Source of the DNA: Lepidodermella squamata | Taxonomy: Eukaryota; Animalia; Gastrotricha | Direction: 5' to 3' | Length of the DNA: 64,000 bases | Assembly (NCBI GenBank): GCA_047495785.1 | Contig: JBLDXI010000064.1 | Location: forward strand, 434,001 to 498,000 | Part shown: positions 11,320-25,110 of the stretch, piece after piece | Position numbering within the stretch: position 1 is the first letter of the stretch | Layout of the letters: each line of letters opens with the position of its first letter | The notes under the pieces: model-generated | Told to the model about the DNA's origin: nothing | The model's database searches: none | The model's input: the letters and a program-made list of their open reading frames with translations, nothing else | Position numbers and translations under genes: made by a program

Positions 11320-14300
11320 ATGTTAGCTTTCATTCTCCTGTGTATCCACTTGGGAACCAGCTCGGCTACAAACTGGCCGCAGCAAGCTACCAACTTGGAT
11401 GACGCCCTGAGCTTGCTTTCATATCAGGTAGATTTCTACTTCTGGCCGCTGACTGGGGTTGAAACGGGGTTTTTCTCGACATTCAGCAGCGAAATGAAAC
11501 AAGCCACCACCATCAATTCGGCCGCGGTAACGCAAGGACCTTACGCCATGGGGGCAGTAACGCTGTCTTCGCCTGGTAATGCCGCAATTCTAGCTTACGA
11601 CCTGCCTCATGCAGTACTCGATTTCACACTGACGTTCTACGTGAAAACGGATTGCAGCAAAGAAACGGGCCTCGTCTTCATGAAGAAATTCCTCTCAATT
11701 TACTGTAGCCCTTCAACGAAATCTCTGGTCGCCGTCACATGGGCTAGCTCCACTTCAGCGGGCATCACTCAAAGCAAAACGATGGCTCTCAATCAAACTT
11801 CAAAAAATGGCTTTTCGTCGCAGTGATCTACGACTCGAATCAACAGACGTTCGATTGGTTCAATGTACCCTGGGATTACACAGTCTTCAGCCGGCAAACA
11901 ATGTCCTCCGTTGTTATGGCGCCTTACACCGCATCAATTTCGATCGGAGAAGCTCAGAAGGCCGATGGCACGTCGTATTACACGACGGCTGGAAGCGACC
12001 AGTTCGACTGTATCACTTTGTACAACAAGCCGTTGGATGATAGCAACATTCTGAAAATGATGAACGCCTGCGGTTTGCCTATCGCGCCATCCAGCAAGTT
12101 GCCTGAAACATTCCGGCTGATGCCTGAAATCGACAGTTTAGCGATCCATATGCCGTTGAGAAATTTTGGGGATGCGGTTTTCCAGAAATACGGCTCTGAT
12201 ATCTATCGACAGGCTACGAGCTCAGCTACTACGGTCTCGACTGACCTATTCGGACCAAATGGCTACGGATCGATATCAGTTCAGAACGAAGGCGACAGAA
12301 GCTACAAAGTCGGAAACCTGCGAGCTAACGGGCCAGTTACTCTCGCCTTCTATTACAAAGGACCCTGCGAGCAAAACAGCGCAATTTTCGCCCTGGGTGA
12401 TGCTGGTTCCTTGTATTGCTCGCCTGGCTCCGGTCTTATCTACCAAGGAACAGCAGCAGGTGAAGCCTCGACTGCTGTGCCGTACCCTCGCCCGAATGAC
12501 TGGGTCTTCTTCGCATTTGTTTTCGGCACGAACCAGCTCGAGACCTTCTACCAGCTGCCTGAAGATGATGCCCTGCGGGTTGGCCCTACGACTAGCAAAG
12601 GTTTTGTTATTTCCACCGGCGGCTACGTGTCCATCGAAGCTTTCGGCTCAAAGGTTCATCCGAGCCATACAACGGATAGTTTAGGCTGTGCAACGCTCCA
12701 TGCAACAGCTTTGTCGCAAGTTGACCTTCGAATGTTGACGTACACGTGCGGTAAAAGACCGGCAAGGTCGGAATTCCTTCCCGATTCTTTCGACCAGCTG
12801 CCTCAGCTTGGAAACCTCGTCTATCACATGCCATTCGTTCAGAAGTCGCCGTATTCAGTTTTCGACAAATTCGGATCGACTGTGTGGTACGGCGAGGCTG
12901 AGAAACGAAACTCGACCACCTCACCGATTGGACCTTATCAAAACGGGGTTGTTACGGCAAACGGCCTTGGTCCAAAGATTTCGGGTGTAAAAAACCAGGA
13001 TTCGTTCACGTTTGTTTTCTTTTACCTCGGGCCGTGCTCTGGAACTGTAGGCATAGTCTATGCCTTACGCTATCGAATCACTTGTAAAAAAGATACTTTC
13101 ATTCTAAGTACGGCTACAAAATCATCGGATCCGGTGGAATGTGACGCTACTCGCTGGAACTTGTATGCCTTCACGTATGACGGTAATTCGACAGTGAGAG
13201 GTTTCAAATGGTCAGCTTCACCGTCGCAACCTTATCAGCTAAACGAAACAAAAGGCATGAAAATAGACACGCCAATGTTCCCTATTTACGACGATCATGA
13301 AATTGGAGATGCTGTGAAAAACGGCACGGCAAGCGCTGATGCTGATAAGAGGCGAATTTCCTGTGTCAGCTATTATTCTGGCGTGCTCAGTGTCAGTGAT
13401 TTGTTCAAATTCACCGGGGCCTGCGGGACCAAGCCATTAAGAGGGATGGAGTATTTCTCCGATGTTCTGCCCCAAAAACGTAGCCTTGTTTTTTATGCGC
13501 CATTCACTTCGAAAACTGGGCTATCACTATTCAATAAATTTGGAAATTTGATTACTCCTAAAGACCCCGGAACTGTCAAAATCGGCTCGGGAGGTCCTTA
13601 TGGTCTCGGATCGCTTGAAGGCGCCAAAGATCAAGCCGGCCCCACCCTTTCGATCATTCTCCCTGCTTCGTTCACGGTTTCCTTCTTCTTCAAATCGAGC
13701 GGTACTGGAAAACAGGGCATCTTTTTGCCTGGAAAACTGTCGATCTACTACGATTCGGAAAAGGGCATTGTTGCTAAATCGAGGGGCGATGACAAATTGT
13801 TTTCTGTCGAAAGAGCTAAGCTATCGTATGAACCCAATTCATGGCTTTTCGTGGCCTATACTTACAACTGGCCAACACGGACCCTGCGGGGTTTTTACAT
13901 GAGGGAAAGTGATGATAAAGTCAAAGATCACTTTACAACCATGAATTTGACCCTTGAAGGTTGGGAAATATTCGCCTATTTTGATGTTCGTATCGGCCTA
14001 GCTAGAGTCACAAGTCAAGAAAACTGCTACATGGATCCGGGCCAAGAACTATCGTGTATTGCTTACTATTCTACAGCTTTGACTGATGTCGAAGTCGCGA
14101 AACTTCCGTACGCTTGTGGCAAGACGTACCCGAAACCTTCGTTTCTACCAACGAATTTCGCAAAAATGCCGGAAAATCAGTCATTGATCGTCTATTTGCC
14201 TTTGACCTCCAGTTCGGAACTGTGCGCAATCGACAAGTCTGGCACTGATCTATGGGATGTTACCTTTTAGAAGTGGATCTTATTCTGCTGATAAGCAGCT

Positions 14301-16170
14301 TCTGGTCGTTAACAATCTGCCAATTCTCGAAAACTACACAATCGCGTTCTACTACAAAGGCTCTTGTTCGGGGCCATCTGGATTACTGTCTACTGAGCGA
14401 TTCACTGTAAAATGCGAAAACTCTGCCATTGCTTTTGCTGCTTGGTTAACGAGTGGGTATAACAAACTCTCGCTGCCAGTTGCCTACGACCAGCCTCGAT
14501 CTTGGCGATTCTTCGCCTACACTTTTGAGAATAAAATTTTGCGAGGCTATCGCGGAACAACAGAATCTAAAAGTTTGGTATTTGCCAATACTACTGCAGG
14601 TTTTCCAGCAGATACCAGGATTAATCTCGGCTATTTGAACCTTGAGTTGGGAACCTCCTATTCTGGGTCGGATGTAGTTCCTCTAGCTAACGGAGATGAA
14701 TTGGCCTGTGTAAGCCTTCATTCGGCTATTCTCTCAATGGACGAACTGGCTATTCTTGCTGATATCTGCAACGATACCCTACAAACCACTTCGACTTCTA
14801 CTACTACTATAACTACTACGACTACTTTTACAACAAGTACCACTGCAACGACTCCAGTATCTTCTACCACGAATTTCGGTATCACATCACCAACCAGTGC
14901 TGGAATCACTTCATCACGAATGCAAGGAACATCAACCACAATGGCGAGAGCCAAGACGCCAGAAACCTCGACCCCGAGCTTGGAACCAGAGCCAAGAAAA
15001 CGCACGGACTCGAACGGTGAGATGAAAATCGGCACGACGATATCAGCCCAGAGTATTATACCTCGCTTGGATCGCAATGGAGTCTCACCGCCCGACAAAC
15101 CATTCGACACCGTCGAAAATGTCCTGAAACGATGTGACCACTTTGACCCTACGCGATACGCCCCTCCTAAAATCAAAGGCAATGAACCTATCTACGTGAA
15201 CATAACTTTCTATGTCCCGGGTTTAAATGAGCTATCGAGTGAGGATGACACAGTTGCAGTTAGCGGGGTCGTCCTACTCTCGTGGTCTGTTTCGACGTGC
15301 CCAAAAAACTCAACCGACCCAGTCGCAAGCCGGCAGAGAGAGCAGATCCATGTTGGAAACCCGAACGAAGTCTGGCTCCCTCAGCTTCGGTTCATCAACA
15401 GCGCCCAGTCGAATGTCTACATGAAGAACGTGGCGGTTGGCGATGATTTTCTGATCACAATGGACGGAGCTGGGGCTATGGAGAGTCCGAATAAGACCTA
15501 CAACTTCTACTGGATCCGGGAGGGGTTATTCAGGGCTGATTGCACGTTGGAGATGAAAGGGTTCCCCTTCGATGAACAAACCTGTGAATTTGTGTTCGGG
15601 TTACAGCGATCGAACCTTCAGCTTTCTTTCATGGATCCGCCGACTTTCCTGTGGGACGTTGATGCTGTTGACAATTCTGAGTGGTTGCTAACAGAATTTA
15701 GTAGTCACATATCATGGGCGTATTTCAATGGGTACAACGTATCGATTGTTGTCTATGAAGTCAATTTCAAGCGATTCCCAAATTACTACATCAACAATTA
15801 CTATTTGCCGAATGCGATTCTGGCCAGTTTGGACCTGGCAGCTTTTCTGATGGCCCCAGCTATGCCAGAACGGTCTGCCTTTACTGTTACAATCCTTCTG
15901 GCAATGGCTGTTACCCAGAATGACGTCATAAGCCAGGCCCCAAATACAGATAGTACCATTTTGAGTACGTACATCCAATGGATGGCGATGTTTTCAGCTG
16001 CGGTGACGCTTTACCACTTGGTATCGCTATGGCTCGCCTGTTCGTATTTCGTGGAGGGCAAGCGTGAGATGAAATGGACGAATGAGCTTGGTTCGACTTC
16101 TCGATATACCAGCTTTTATTGCTGCTGTGGCTTTCTTCGCTTATCAAAATTATGTTTTCCTTAAAAACTG
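11320..16170 (+). pseudogene. 5xLamG-stalk-Cys-loop receptor, copy A, disrupted by three frameshifts
   Basis: Three consecutive ORFs are colinear with copies B-E. Frameshifts: the A6 run at 11802-11807, a 32-nt deletion at 14262/3 (versus copy D) and an 11-nt deletion at ~16074 (versus copy C) that puts M4 out of frame. Confidence 0.85.
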
Positions 16171-16888
16171 CAGAATTCGCACGGGCTAACACTGAATGCC
16201 AACATTTTCCTCATTCTTGTATATCCATCCTACTAAGGACTCCGTCACTCAATGTAACTCAAGTAATTTCGTTAACTTTCCTCCAGTCTCCAGTATTTTC
16301 TGATCTTTGACGGTTTCTCGAAACTCGAGATTTTGAAAATAAATTATTCGCTGTGAAAATGCGAATCTCGCATATTCTTGCTTCATTTGATAGTGGCAAC
16401 AAGCGCAAACACGTTTGCAGGCGATTCGCACACATTTCGGATGGCCGATATTTCGCTGCCAGCCAAAACAGGCCGAATCGCTGTTTTCAGCCCTTGTACG
16501 CATCGCAGCTGTGCGGAATCGTGCTGAACCCAGGCGAGAACCAGCTTTAAGGGCTCGAGTGCTTTCCAGCCGACAAGAACCCCGCAAGTAACCCTGTAGC
16601 AGCGCTCATCCGGGCTGCTCTTCCTGATGTTCTCCGCTTTACCTTATTCTTTTACTAAGTTTTACAAGCTTCATCCTTACGCTGTGAAACCTGAACGATT
16701 GGGAACGTGTTACACGTATTATTAGTATTGGGAACCTCCGGCAACTCATCCAAAAAATGTGTCATCAATGATTTGAAGGAATCCAGTGATGAGGTTTAGA
16801 ACCGGGGTAAAACATCATAATAAATAGAGTTGATTCAACCTTTTGAAGTCCTTAATGTTATTAGCGAACAGCCAATTATTGCAATTGG

Positions 16889-19800
16889 TCACATATCGTT
16901 TGGAAAAATTTCTTCGACCATGAAGTAGCTCGTCCCTCCCAGTCCAATTCCTAAGAAAAAGAAATATTTGAGGAATCCGATGGAATTGCATTCCAGCTCA
17001 CCGCTGTTGTACATCATGCCAGGGTAAGACGTCGATTTTACAGCGTATTGGATCGTGAACGTTACTGGGCCTGAAGCAACTGGCATCTTGCATATACCCT
17101 CAACTGTAATTTCATAATGATTATCGAGAATAAATGCAAAACAAATCGGATTACCATAACCCGGTCGACCGATGTGGACCCCGTGGTAGCCATCCCACAA
17201 CAGCATTGACGTTTCGATCTGTGTCGGATTATTGCACTCATTCCCGTTTATGCGAACAAACCTTAGACAAAACTGTGGACTAGGCTATTTCATAGACAGT
17301 TTTCAAGTTTACCATTTCAAGTTTTCAGAATAATACTGCCAGTAATCCAAGGTTCCGATGAACATGCCAGTGTACCATTTCACATGGATAAACGATGTGT
17401 CTTGCAGTTTTGTCCACACGAAAGTCTAGAAGAAACAATAAGAATAACCATCAGAGGGAAATTTCGTTGAAATATATATGCCTTCAGGGGTGTGTTTGCA
17501 CACGGCTGATTCGAACAGCCACTGCTGCAACTTCCAGTGTAACGACACGAGTCTTTGAAGCTGAAATACTGCCTGTTGAAGTAGGGCAGATCGGCCATGG
17601 TCCCATCCGATAGCAACAAGCCGTTCGTTGGCAGCAGCTCGTTGATTTCTTCGACGAAAATTTGAGACGGCTGGCCGTTGCCAAGGTTAACTTCGATGTA
17701 GGAAACAGCGTCAGGGCCGAAAGAAATGCAATTCTGATCGACCATTATGTTGATATCGTATTTGCCGATAGGAAGATTTCTGCACACGCCATCAACTTCA
17801 GGCGATGGAAATGAAATGTTCGGATGAAATAAGACATTGGTCGGATAAAAAAAGACATTTGTCGAATGAAAAAGCCACACCCCTGAATTCAAGGGGGAGA
17901 AGGTGCACGAGTTAACCCGGGTGATTTCACTAAAAGCTGAAAGTCCGATTTTTTTATCACTCTAATTTTCTGGTTGGTGCAACATCAATTTAATACTTTT
18001 GAATTGAACTCACGATTGAAAGTTGTCGCGCCAACCGCCATTCGCCCGGCCGAGTAGGTGGCAGACTGAGCCTGGTACAGCGTGTGCTCAATCGGAAACG
18101 GATCCGTGCATTGGCGGCCGTTGATGAGAGCGAAAAAGTGGATGCATCGCTTGTAGACGTCAAACATAACCTTGGCATGCCAGTAGATACGCAGCAGCGA
18201 AGTAGCACTCCGCTTCTTGTATTTCAGAATTTGCTAAGACAAAGGTTTCATTAAGGCAGATTGACGATTCGAGTGAGTTTGTCTTACATAAGGCAGTTGC
18301 TGTTCTCCTGTTGCATAAGGCACCGACTCTTGAAATTGCTCAGAATTGGTATTGAATACCGTTGAAGCTCGACAAATTAGGGTATCGTCTGACGGAACGA
18401 TACAAGTTAGCAAAAATATGAGCGTTCAGAATATGTATAATTCAAACCTGTTTTGAATAGGTAACTCGCAGGTATGAATTCTTCAAAGTAAACGAAGCTC
18501 GGTGCAGAATAGGGGCCCATGTTTACACCGATTCCGACGTACATGTCCTGACCCTGTTCTCGCCGCAGGTTGACGCTGTACGACCGATCACCGCGCGGCA
18601 CCTCGTTGAACGTACACAGCATTTCGCCTACATTGTAGCGTAAATTTGTGTTCTTATATATTGGTTTTGACTAACCCCCCAGGGCAACGCCAGCATCTGC
18701 GCTGTAGCCAGGATTCTTCATATCGCGACCGATGTGGTGTGTGAGGCTGAAATTTGGCGAATTTCAAAGCCGGATATATTGATAGAAAATTCATGCCCAC
18801 CCTTTCTCGCCCATGCAGAAGTTACCGTTTAGAGTCACGTCAACGTAGGCTACTTCTCTTGCGCAACAACGCTGACCCCATATGTACCTTTAAAATATCA
18901 AGGCTCAACGATTCTTTGCGAGCGATCTTAGGCACTTACCATGTGAAGCTCATTGATACCCGAACGTGCGTGAAATCGTGTAGCTTTTTCCAAGTTCCTT
19001 GCTGGTAAAATAGAGGTAAAATTCTTTTTATCATGCATATTTTGTTGAGAGATTCGACATCATTCAGCTTTCAGAAAACGCCAAAAAATATGTTCGATAA
19101 ACTTTCAAAATTGGGATGGAAGCTGAATAATATCTGATTAGCTTAATTGGTAACTAGCCAGCTGCCTTCTTCAAAATTATATCTTATTGGGCTTTGAATA
19201 TTTGGGAAAGTACTAGTAGATTCGAAATACAGGGGTGCCGGAGGTGTACTCAACCACACGAAGGGTGAAAAAACCTCTAGAGAGACCCTGTGATTTCTTC
19301 GGTTTCAAAATCCTACTTCGCAAACCGGCATTAGGCACACCACTTTCGAAGTAATTAGTTCATAATTGAGTGGATAATTTTCTGGGTCAAAATACCAACT
19401 TACTCTGAAGTTCGTTATTGTGGATCGGCTGTAATAATACAGCGCGAACTGCGTGAAATGAACCCTGCGAGGATACTCAACACAGCCGTTCTCTTCACCT
19501 TTGTAAAAATAACAAGGAAATGCATTACTTTATTAGCACAGATGATAGATTTCTTACCAGCACAATACGATTTAGTCCCATCACAGTCCTGAATGCAAAC
19601 CGGAGTGATCGCATTCAGGTCATTTGTCGTTGGGACCGGGCAGAAGTTATCGCAATCCTGCACGCCATTGCGGCGATCGGTCACGCCCTCGTCGAAATTC
19701 ATCGCCGAGATGAGAACGCCCCGCATCAGGGCAGAAACGCTGCTAGACTGCTCTGACCTGTCGAAATCTCGCGCTTGGACTTTGGTCGCTCGCATCAGTA

Positions 19801-20062
19801 TGCAGGTCCGGTTGTACGGTTCGAAGAAGGCCGTTCGACACGGTGGGTCGGCCGAGGACAGGCATCGCGTGGCACAGCTCGATTGGTCCTTAGTCGTAAG
19901 TTGAGGCTGGATGATGTAACGCCCGAGGGCAATGTCCATCATGTCCAGAGTTATGAAAGACTCCGAGGTCTGTATCATACGTGTGCATCGCCCCCGGAAT
20001 ATCAGCTCGCCTACAACGGGGCTGGTCAAAATTGCGACAAGAAAAGCTAGGTCAAAAATCAT
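16889..20062 (-). CDS. Multi-exon secreted protein: PAN/apple + three CTHRC1 C-terminal-like domains (copy 2)
   Basis: Exon-by-exon paralogue of 5558-8475 with the same intron positions; ends IGLGGTSYFMVEEIFPNDM*. Confidence 0.8.
19230..19345. mobile_element. Degenerate hAT-type MITE in an intron
   Basis: Starts CAGGGGTG and ends CACCACTT; flanks TCGAAATA / TCGAAGTA (1 mismatch); internal similarity to the 5150 element. Confidence 0.45.
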
Positions 20063-20949
20063 TTTTGTTTTTTTTCTACCGGTACAATAGTTTCATCGTT
20101 TTGGGTATTAGAAGGATTGCGGCGCGTTGCTGTTTGTCTAACGCTTAATAACCGACAAATCTAGGGGTAACCTCTGCGCATTGGTAAATCACGCAACGGG
20201 ATGAGAAACCGGTGTTTTTGCCGAGCGCGCCATCAATTATTCAGAACTACAATCTAAGCGCTGCGCCTTTAAAAAGGGACAATAGCGAGTGTTTAACCTT
20301 GCCCGTACTTTGCATTATTAATACGATCGATTAATTGCTTTGTTCTGCGTCAACTGTTAATAAATAGTTGAGTGTGATAACTAGCGTCTTAGAAAAGCAA
20401 ACTATGTTTTTATCTTTTATTGCGGCACAAAAAAATATGAAATGTCTCGGAATACTTGAGGCGAAGATAGATGGCAATTTTTCAAAATTTTAAATCAATA
20501 GCTTCAAAAGAATTGATAAAATGTTTATATTTTAGAATAATTCATTCCATTTTTCGAGGATTGTAAATGCAAGGTGATTGAGAAGGATGGCTTGAATTTT
20601 CAAGTGCAAAGTCAGTTTCCGCCTGGATTGGGAACGGTGGGGACTTGCTGGGGTCTACAGCAACTAACCATCCAAAGCGATTCGATCGGGCTCGTTCGTA
20701 CGGGCTGCTACTGGCGATCTTCCTCGTGAATGATTAAATCATGACCACCCTTACACTATTTCGGCAATTGAATGCATTTTCGCAATTAATACATATTCAT
20801 TTGTTTCCTTCTGTAAGCTGGCTTTGGGTTCGATAAGAGCCTCTATCTAATAGAATTCCAGTCACGAACTCGAAGTTAATCCTCCGTCTGCAGAGGTTCG
20901 GAAATGTGCATACACATGAAATGCGAACATTTTCAACAACAACAGACAA

Positions 20950-21657
20950 ATGAAAATTTGCCTCGGTCTTCTACTTGCTCTCGCAATCTTGGAATGCAAC
21001 GCGGGACGGTCTCGATTCGGCCGGCAGGGTCGATTTGGCGGTAGGGCTGTCTTTCCGGTGGAAACTGACGAGCTAAAACCATTCGTTCGCTGTAAGCACC
21101 CGCACGACACTCGAATTCGCTGCTCAGAAAGCGAATGCGACTCTTCTAGGCTCATGGTATGACTACGAATTTTCTCAGAATTTTCAGTCTCAATTTCTGC
21201 CAACTAGGGATTGGCCCCGAAAATCCTGAGAATTGAAACGCCTGATTACTACTTCTGCAATGCCCTAGTGGTACGTCCGCTCATCTTGGTTCAGATTTTT
21301 GCATGATGAATTATTCACACCAGGGCGTTTACTTGTGCGGCAATGAATGCATCGAAGATCAACACGACTGTCCTAAAGGAAAGGAACCGGTATTTAGTTT
21401 GCTTATCGATTTTTCCATGTCGATATTGCACTGTAATTTTCCCGCCAATACAGACAGGCTATTGGTTATCTGATTCGAATACGCATGCGATGATGATGTG
21501 CGAGAATCGCAGAAAGTACGGCCAGGCGAATGTGCTGAGAGCAACACGCTCCAGTAGGTTCACGGCCAACAACGAGCGGCTTAACATCGCTTGCTCGGCT
21601 GGCGGCAGCGGCAGAGTTAGAGCGGAATGTCAAGTCTCAAAGCACGCAATTATTTAA
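20950..21657 (+). CDS. Small secreted 10-cysteine protein, family member 1 (4 exons)
   Basis: Signal peptide MKICLGLLLALAILECNA. Three phase-0 GT-AG introns join ...RCKHPHDTRIRCSESEC / ...YFC / GVYLCGNECIEDQHDCP / TGYWLS...AMMMC...IAC...ECQV. Confidence 0.8.
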
Positions 21658-22084
21658 TTTCGAGACATGAATCATTGATGAAAACGAAATAAAGTTCAAG
21701 GTTTAACATTGCTATATTCCTTTTTGCTTTCATGGAGTCAGCATTCAGCTGAATGTAAAATTGCCCGAAACTATTAAAAGGCAAAACGCGAAGGTCATCT
21801 TTCATCATTCGGCCGAATGTAAAATTGAGCACCTTGGTTCAAATTCGATGATGATTTTTCATAACAATTCATGATTGCTGAAATTCGAACCTTCCGGCGC
21901 TCTTCAGTTCTGCGCAGGATTATTTTAAATATTAAATTCTAATTTTATTCTGATCACATGCTCTCCGTCTAGCCAGCATCGGATTGGAATATCTGTACAG
22001 AAAAACATAGAAATTTGCTTGAGAACCCAACGCAGTGCGCTCGGTTTTATTTCCGCTGATCTTTCGTGTTATCTCTGGTATCGA

Positions 22085-22776
22085 ATGGCGATTTCAACAG
22101 CTGCTCTTGCCGTTGCCTTCGCTTGCATTGTCGCTCATTCATCGCTGGCATGTGCGCAACGCAGTAGGTTCAAATTTCCGGCTCCGTACTTCAAATGCAA
22201 ACACGCAACCTCGTCGAAAGCTTTCTGCTCGGACATGCCTTGTGATCCTATGAAAGCTCAGGTAATTTTAAAGACAGCTCACGACCTATGGATAAGGATT
22301 TTGATATCTTCCAGAAAAGCGTCCCTGATGGTGCTGTTATAGTCAAGTACAAAACTCGAGCAGTTTGCGAAGGATCGTCTGTAAGTTTTCAAAATTAGAC
22401 ATTCCACGATTCATGGAGCTTGGTTTCAGGGCGTGGTAAGATGCAACGATGGCAGGTGCGTTGATGAAGGAATCGGATGCCCAGACAACACTTTCCCGGT
22501 AAGTTCAAATTTGCATTCTGTATCCTGTTTGCTATCTTTTTCCATTCTGCTTTGCAGCAAGCTTATTTTCTGTCCGGTATTGCAAATGAAGCTATGCATC
22601 ACTGCCGGGCTATCGAGCAGTATTCTTTCGCGAATATAATCACGATGGGCTATCAACAGGAGTGGAGGGTTCCATCTGCGCAGTACGACATTGCCTGCCG
22701 GCGGAAGTACGCAACCATTCTCTGCTACGTCGACCAACGCGAAGCTGCCTACGAGGCCAGGGTTGTTGATGAATAA
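22085..22776 (+). CDS. Small secreted 10-cysteine protein, family member 2 (4 exons)
   Basis: Signal peptide, then YFKCK...FC...PC / AVC / GVVRCNDGRCVDEGIGCP / QAYFLS...AMHHC...WRVPS...IAC...LCYV; phase-0 GT-AG introns. Confidence 0.85.
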
Positions 22777-23199
22777 AATATAAAAATGTAATGAAAAAGT
22801 GTACGTGGCGCTAGCTGCATAATGCATATGCTAGCTAGGGGTCCACAACAATAACAATGCCTGTAATTATGATTTATTCAGTATTCATCGACCCAATAGC
22901 CAAAAAAAGGAACCTTCGCTCGAGCTTTCTATGAGCTTTTATCAATCATACGAATCAATACGCGAAGTACCGGGGTGAATGGGGATATTGCACCACCAAG
23001 TTCGCAAGGCAAAAGAAGAACACCTCTTAAATTCCTCAGTGAGGCCCTTTGGTCATAAAATGTTTGCCCGAAGCCCAAAAATTCCCGCTAATTCGAGGAA
23101 CCTATTTCGTCGAAGGAATTGTTGGAAAAGACCTTAATTCGTTTCAGGAACGCATTACGGAATATTTTACAGAGTTTTTCGGAAAACAAGGTACCAGTT

Positions 23200-23864
23200 C
23201 AGCGCTGAAAGTAGGACATTTGACCTGCCAGGTATCATGTAACTGAGTAAAAAAAATTGCGCTCGGTCGCTACGCTCGCTCGCGAACCTTCCACTTGTGG
23301 TTTGGCTAATATATTTCTACGTATTATGCCAATCTCTCTTTGGTAATACAGGGCGAGCGTAGCGAGCTTTAGCTGACGCTATTTTTGTCTTCCATTTTGA
23401 GCTCAGTTAGCAAAAAATGCTTCGAATGTTAGCTGACCTGGATCGAATTTTCGAATGGTACACGCTAATTGCAGGAGGCTCTTATGGTATTGTAGCTTAT
23501 GGAATCACTCAAATCACTGTAAAACTTACTAGGATTCCTTATATGCAATATCGATTATCGAAAAAGTTTTCGTGCTGGGCTAAGACAACCAGATTTTGCG
23601 ACGATCGAATACAGTTTAATATAAGAATTATGATTGTATGCGATCGAAGCGAGAAATTTTTGAGAATTCATCTGTCCAAGTGAAGATTTTCGATTGAAAA
23701 AGTAACTGAAACCACTAAAAAGGGATTCTCGCATCAAGAAACCCCTAACCCGCCAGGGATTTCGGCGTACCTGGCAGGTACAACTGGAGCCCAAACCTGC
23801 CAGGTACGCGTACCTGGCGCTATACTCGGCGTCCCTTGCGTACCTGGCACTACTTTCAGCGCTG
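23200..23864. mobile_element. Non-autonomous hAT element (665 bp)
   Basis: Perfect 15-bp TIR CAGCGCTGAAAGTAG; 8-bp TSD TACCAGTT (23192-23199, 23865-23872); subterminal TACCTGGCA repeats. Confidence 0.9.
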
Positions 23865-24329
23865 TACCAGTTCATCAGTTCATCGGAAATTTACATGGTT
23901 GAGCGATTTCAATTTGGATTAATTCGCAACCAGATCACTCTGGTCTTCAAATCATATGAGAATGATATTCGAGGAATATTGTTGGGAGCAATTTAATATC
24001 TGCCAAGGTTTGCACTCGCCAGTTCTCCTGGGCTAGATTAAATACGATTCCTTGCCTGAAATCTGTGTGAAACATCATCAAAGTCAATCAAAGAAAATTG
24101 CAGATCAATTGAACACTTGGCAGACCGCTGATTTCAAGCTCGAATGTACAGTTTCATGAAAACTAACTTTTGTTTTCATGGTTTCTTATTAAATCGTCCT
24201 TTAGAGTCATTTTACTGTGGTGATTTTTATGACGGCCGAGAATTGCGGATCGGCGAATATTAGCGAAAACGAAAACCAGAGCTTTGGATTTGATTTGATT
24301 TGATTTACGGCTTAAATCACGGACCTCCT

Positions 24330-25110
24330 TCAATCAATCAAAATCAATCATTGTCCCACTTTTCCAGAACTAAATAAAAAAATCCGTTGCTAAATGAACA
24401 AATGAACAAATGAAAACGTTTTATTTTACGTCCACCTTCGGCTAAAAGTGATGGTAATATATATACAAGCCTTACCCGTGAGGGTTTAAGGGGCGGCTGA
24501 CAACGAGAGATTAGCTTCAGGAACAGTCGCGAACAATCTGCTTTTTCCCATGAATTCATAATTTTCTATACTGTTACATAGTAGCTGCCATTCTTCCCGG
24601 TCTCTAGCTGTTACTTCCGCCATTTCTAAATCCGCAATTTTGTGAATTTCGATGCGTCGCATCAATAAGGTTGATTTACGGGGTCGCCCTCGTTTTTTAG
24701 GTTCATTAGGATCACTGATACGTTTTTCATGTATATAAAAAATTCCAATTTTTAGAAGGCTTCTTCGGAGGCAGTCAGACCATCGGGTTGGCGGCCTGCC
24801 GCGAGGCAAGTACCAACTCGGGTCGACTGCTTTCCAATAATACATAATACTCGTGAGACTTTCAGGGTCATATTCGTCCTGTCGAATTATATGGCCAAAA
24901 TATTTCAGACGAAATTTTTCAATCAATTTACTCAATTCCATTACGTCGCAGATCAGTCTAATATCAACATTAGGAATATAATCTGTCCTAAACAGACCCA
25001 TAATTGTTCTAAGCCATCGCATAAAGGTGACATTTAACCTTTGCTCTTGTTGGGTGGTCAGGTTCCAGGTTTCGCAGGCATAGGTGACGGTAGGAATAAC
25101 CGTTGCTAAT
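24330..25110 (-). mobile_element. 5'-truncated RTE-like LINE (ORF C-terminus, 3' UTR, short-repeat tail)
   Basis: VIPTVTYACETW...RWLRTIMG...RLKYFGHIIR...RGRPPTRWSD...ARDREEW; (TGAT)n-like tail at ~24330-24350 on the minus strand. Confidence 0.8.

Noticed and set aside
11802-11826. Programmed ribosomal frameshift in receptor A
   Set aside because: Two further deletions disable the gene, and the paralogues are continuous ORFs.
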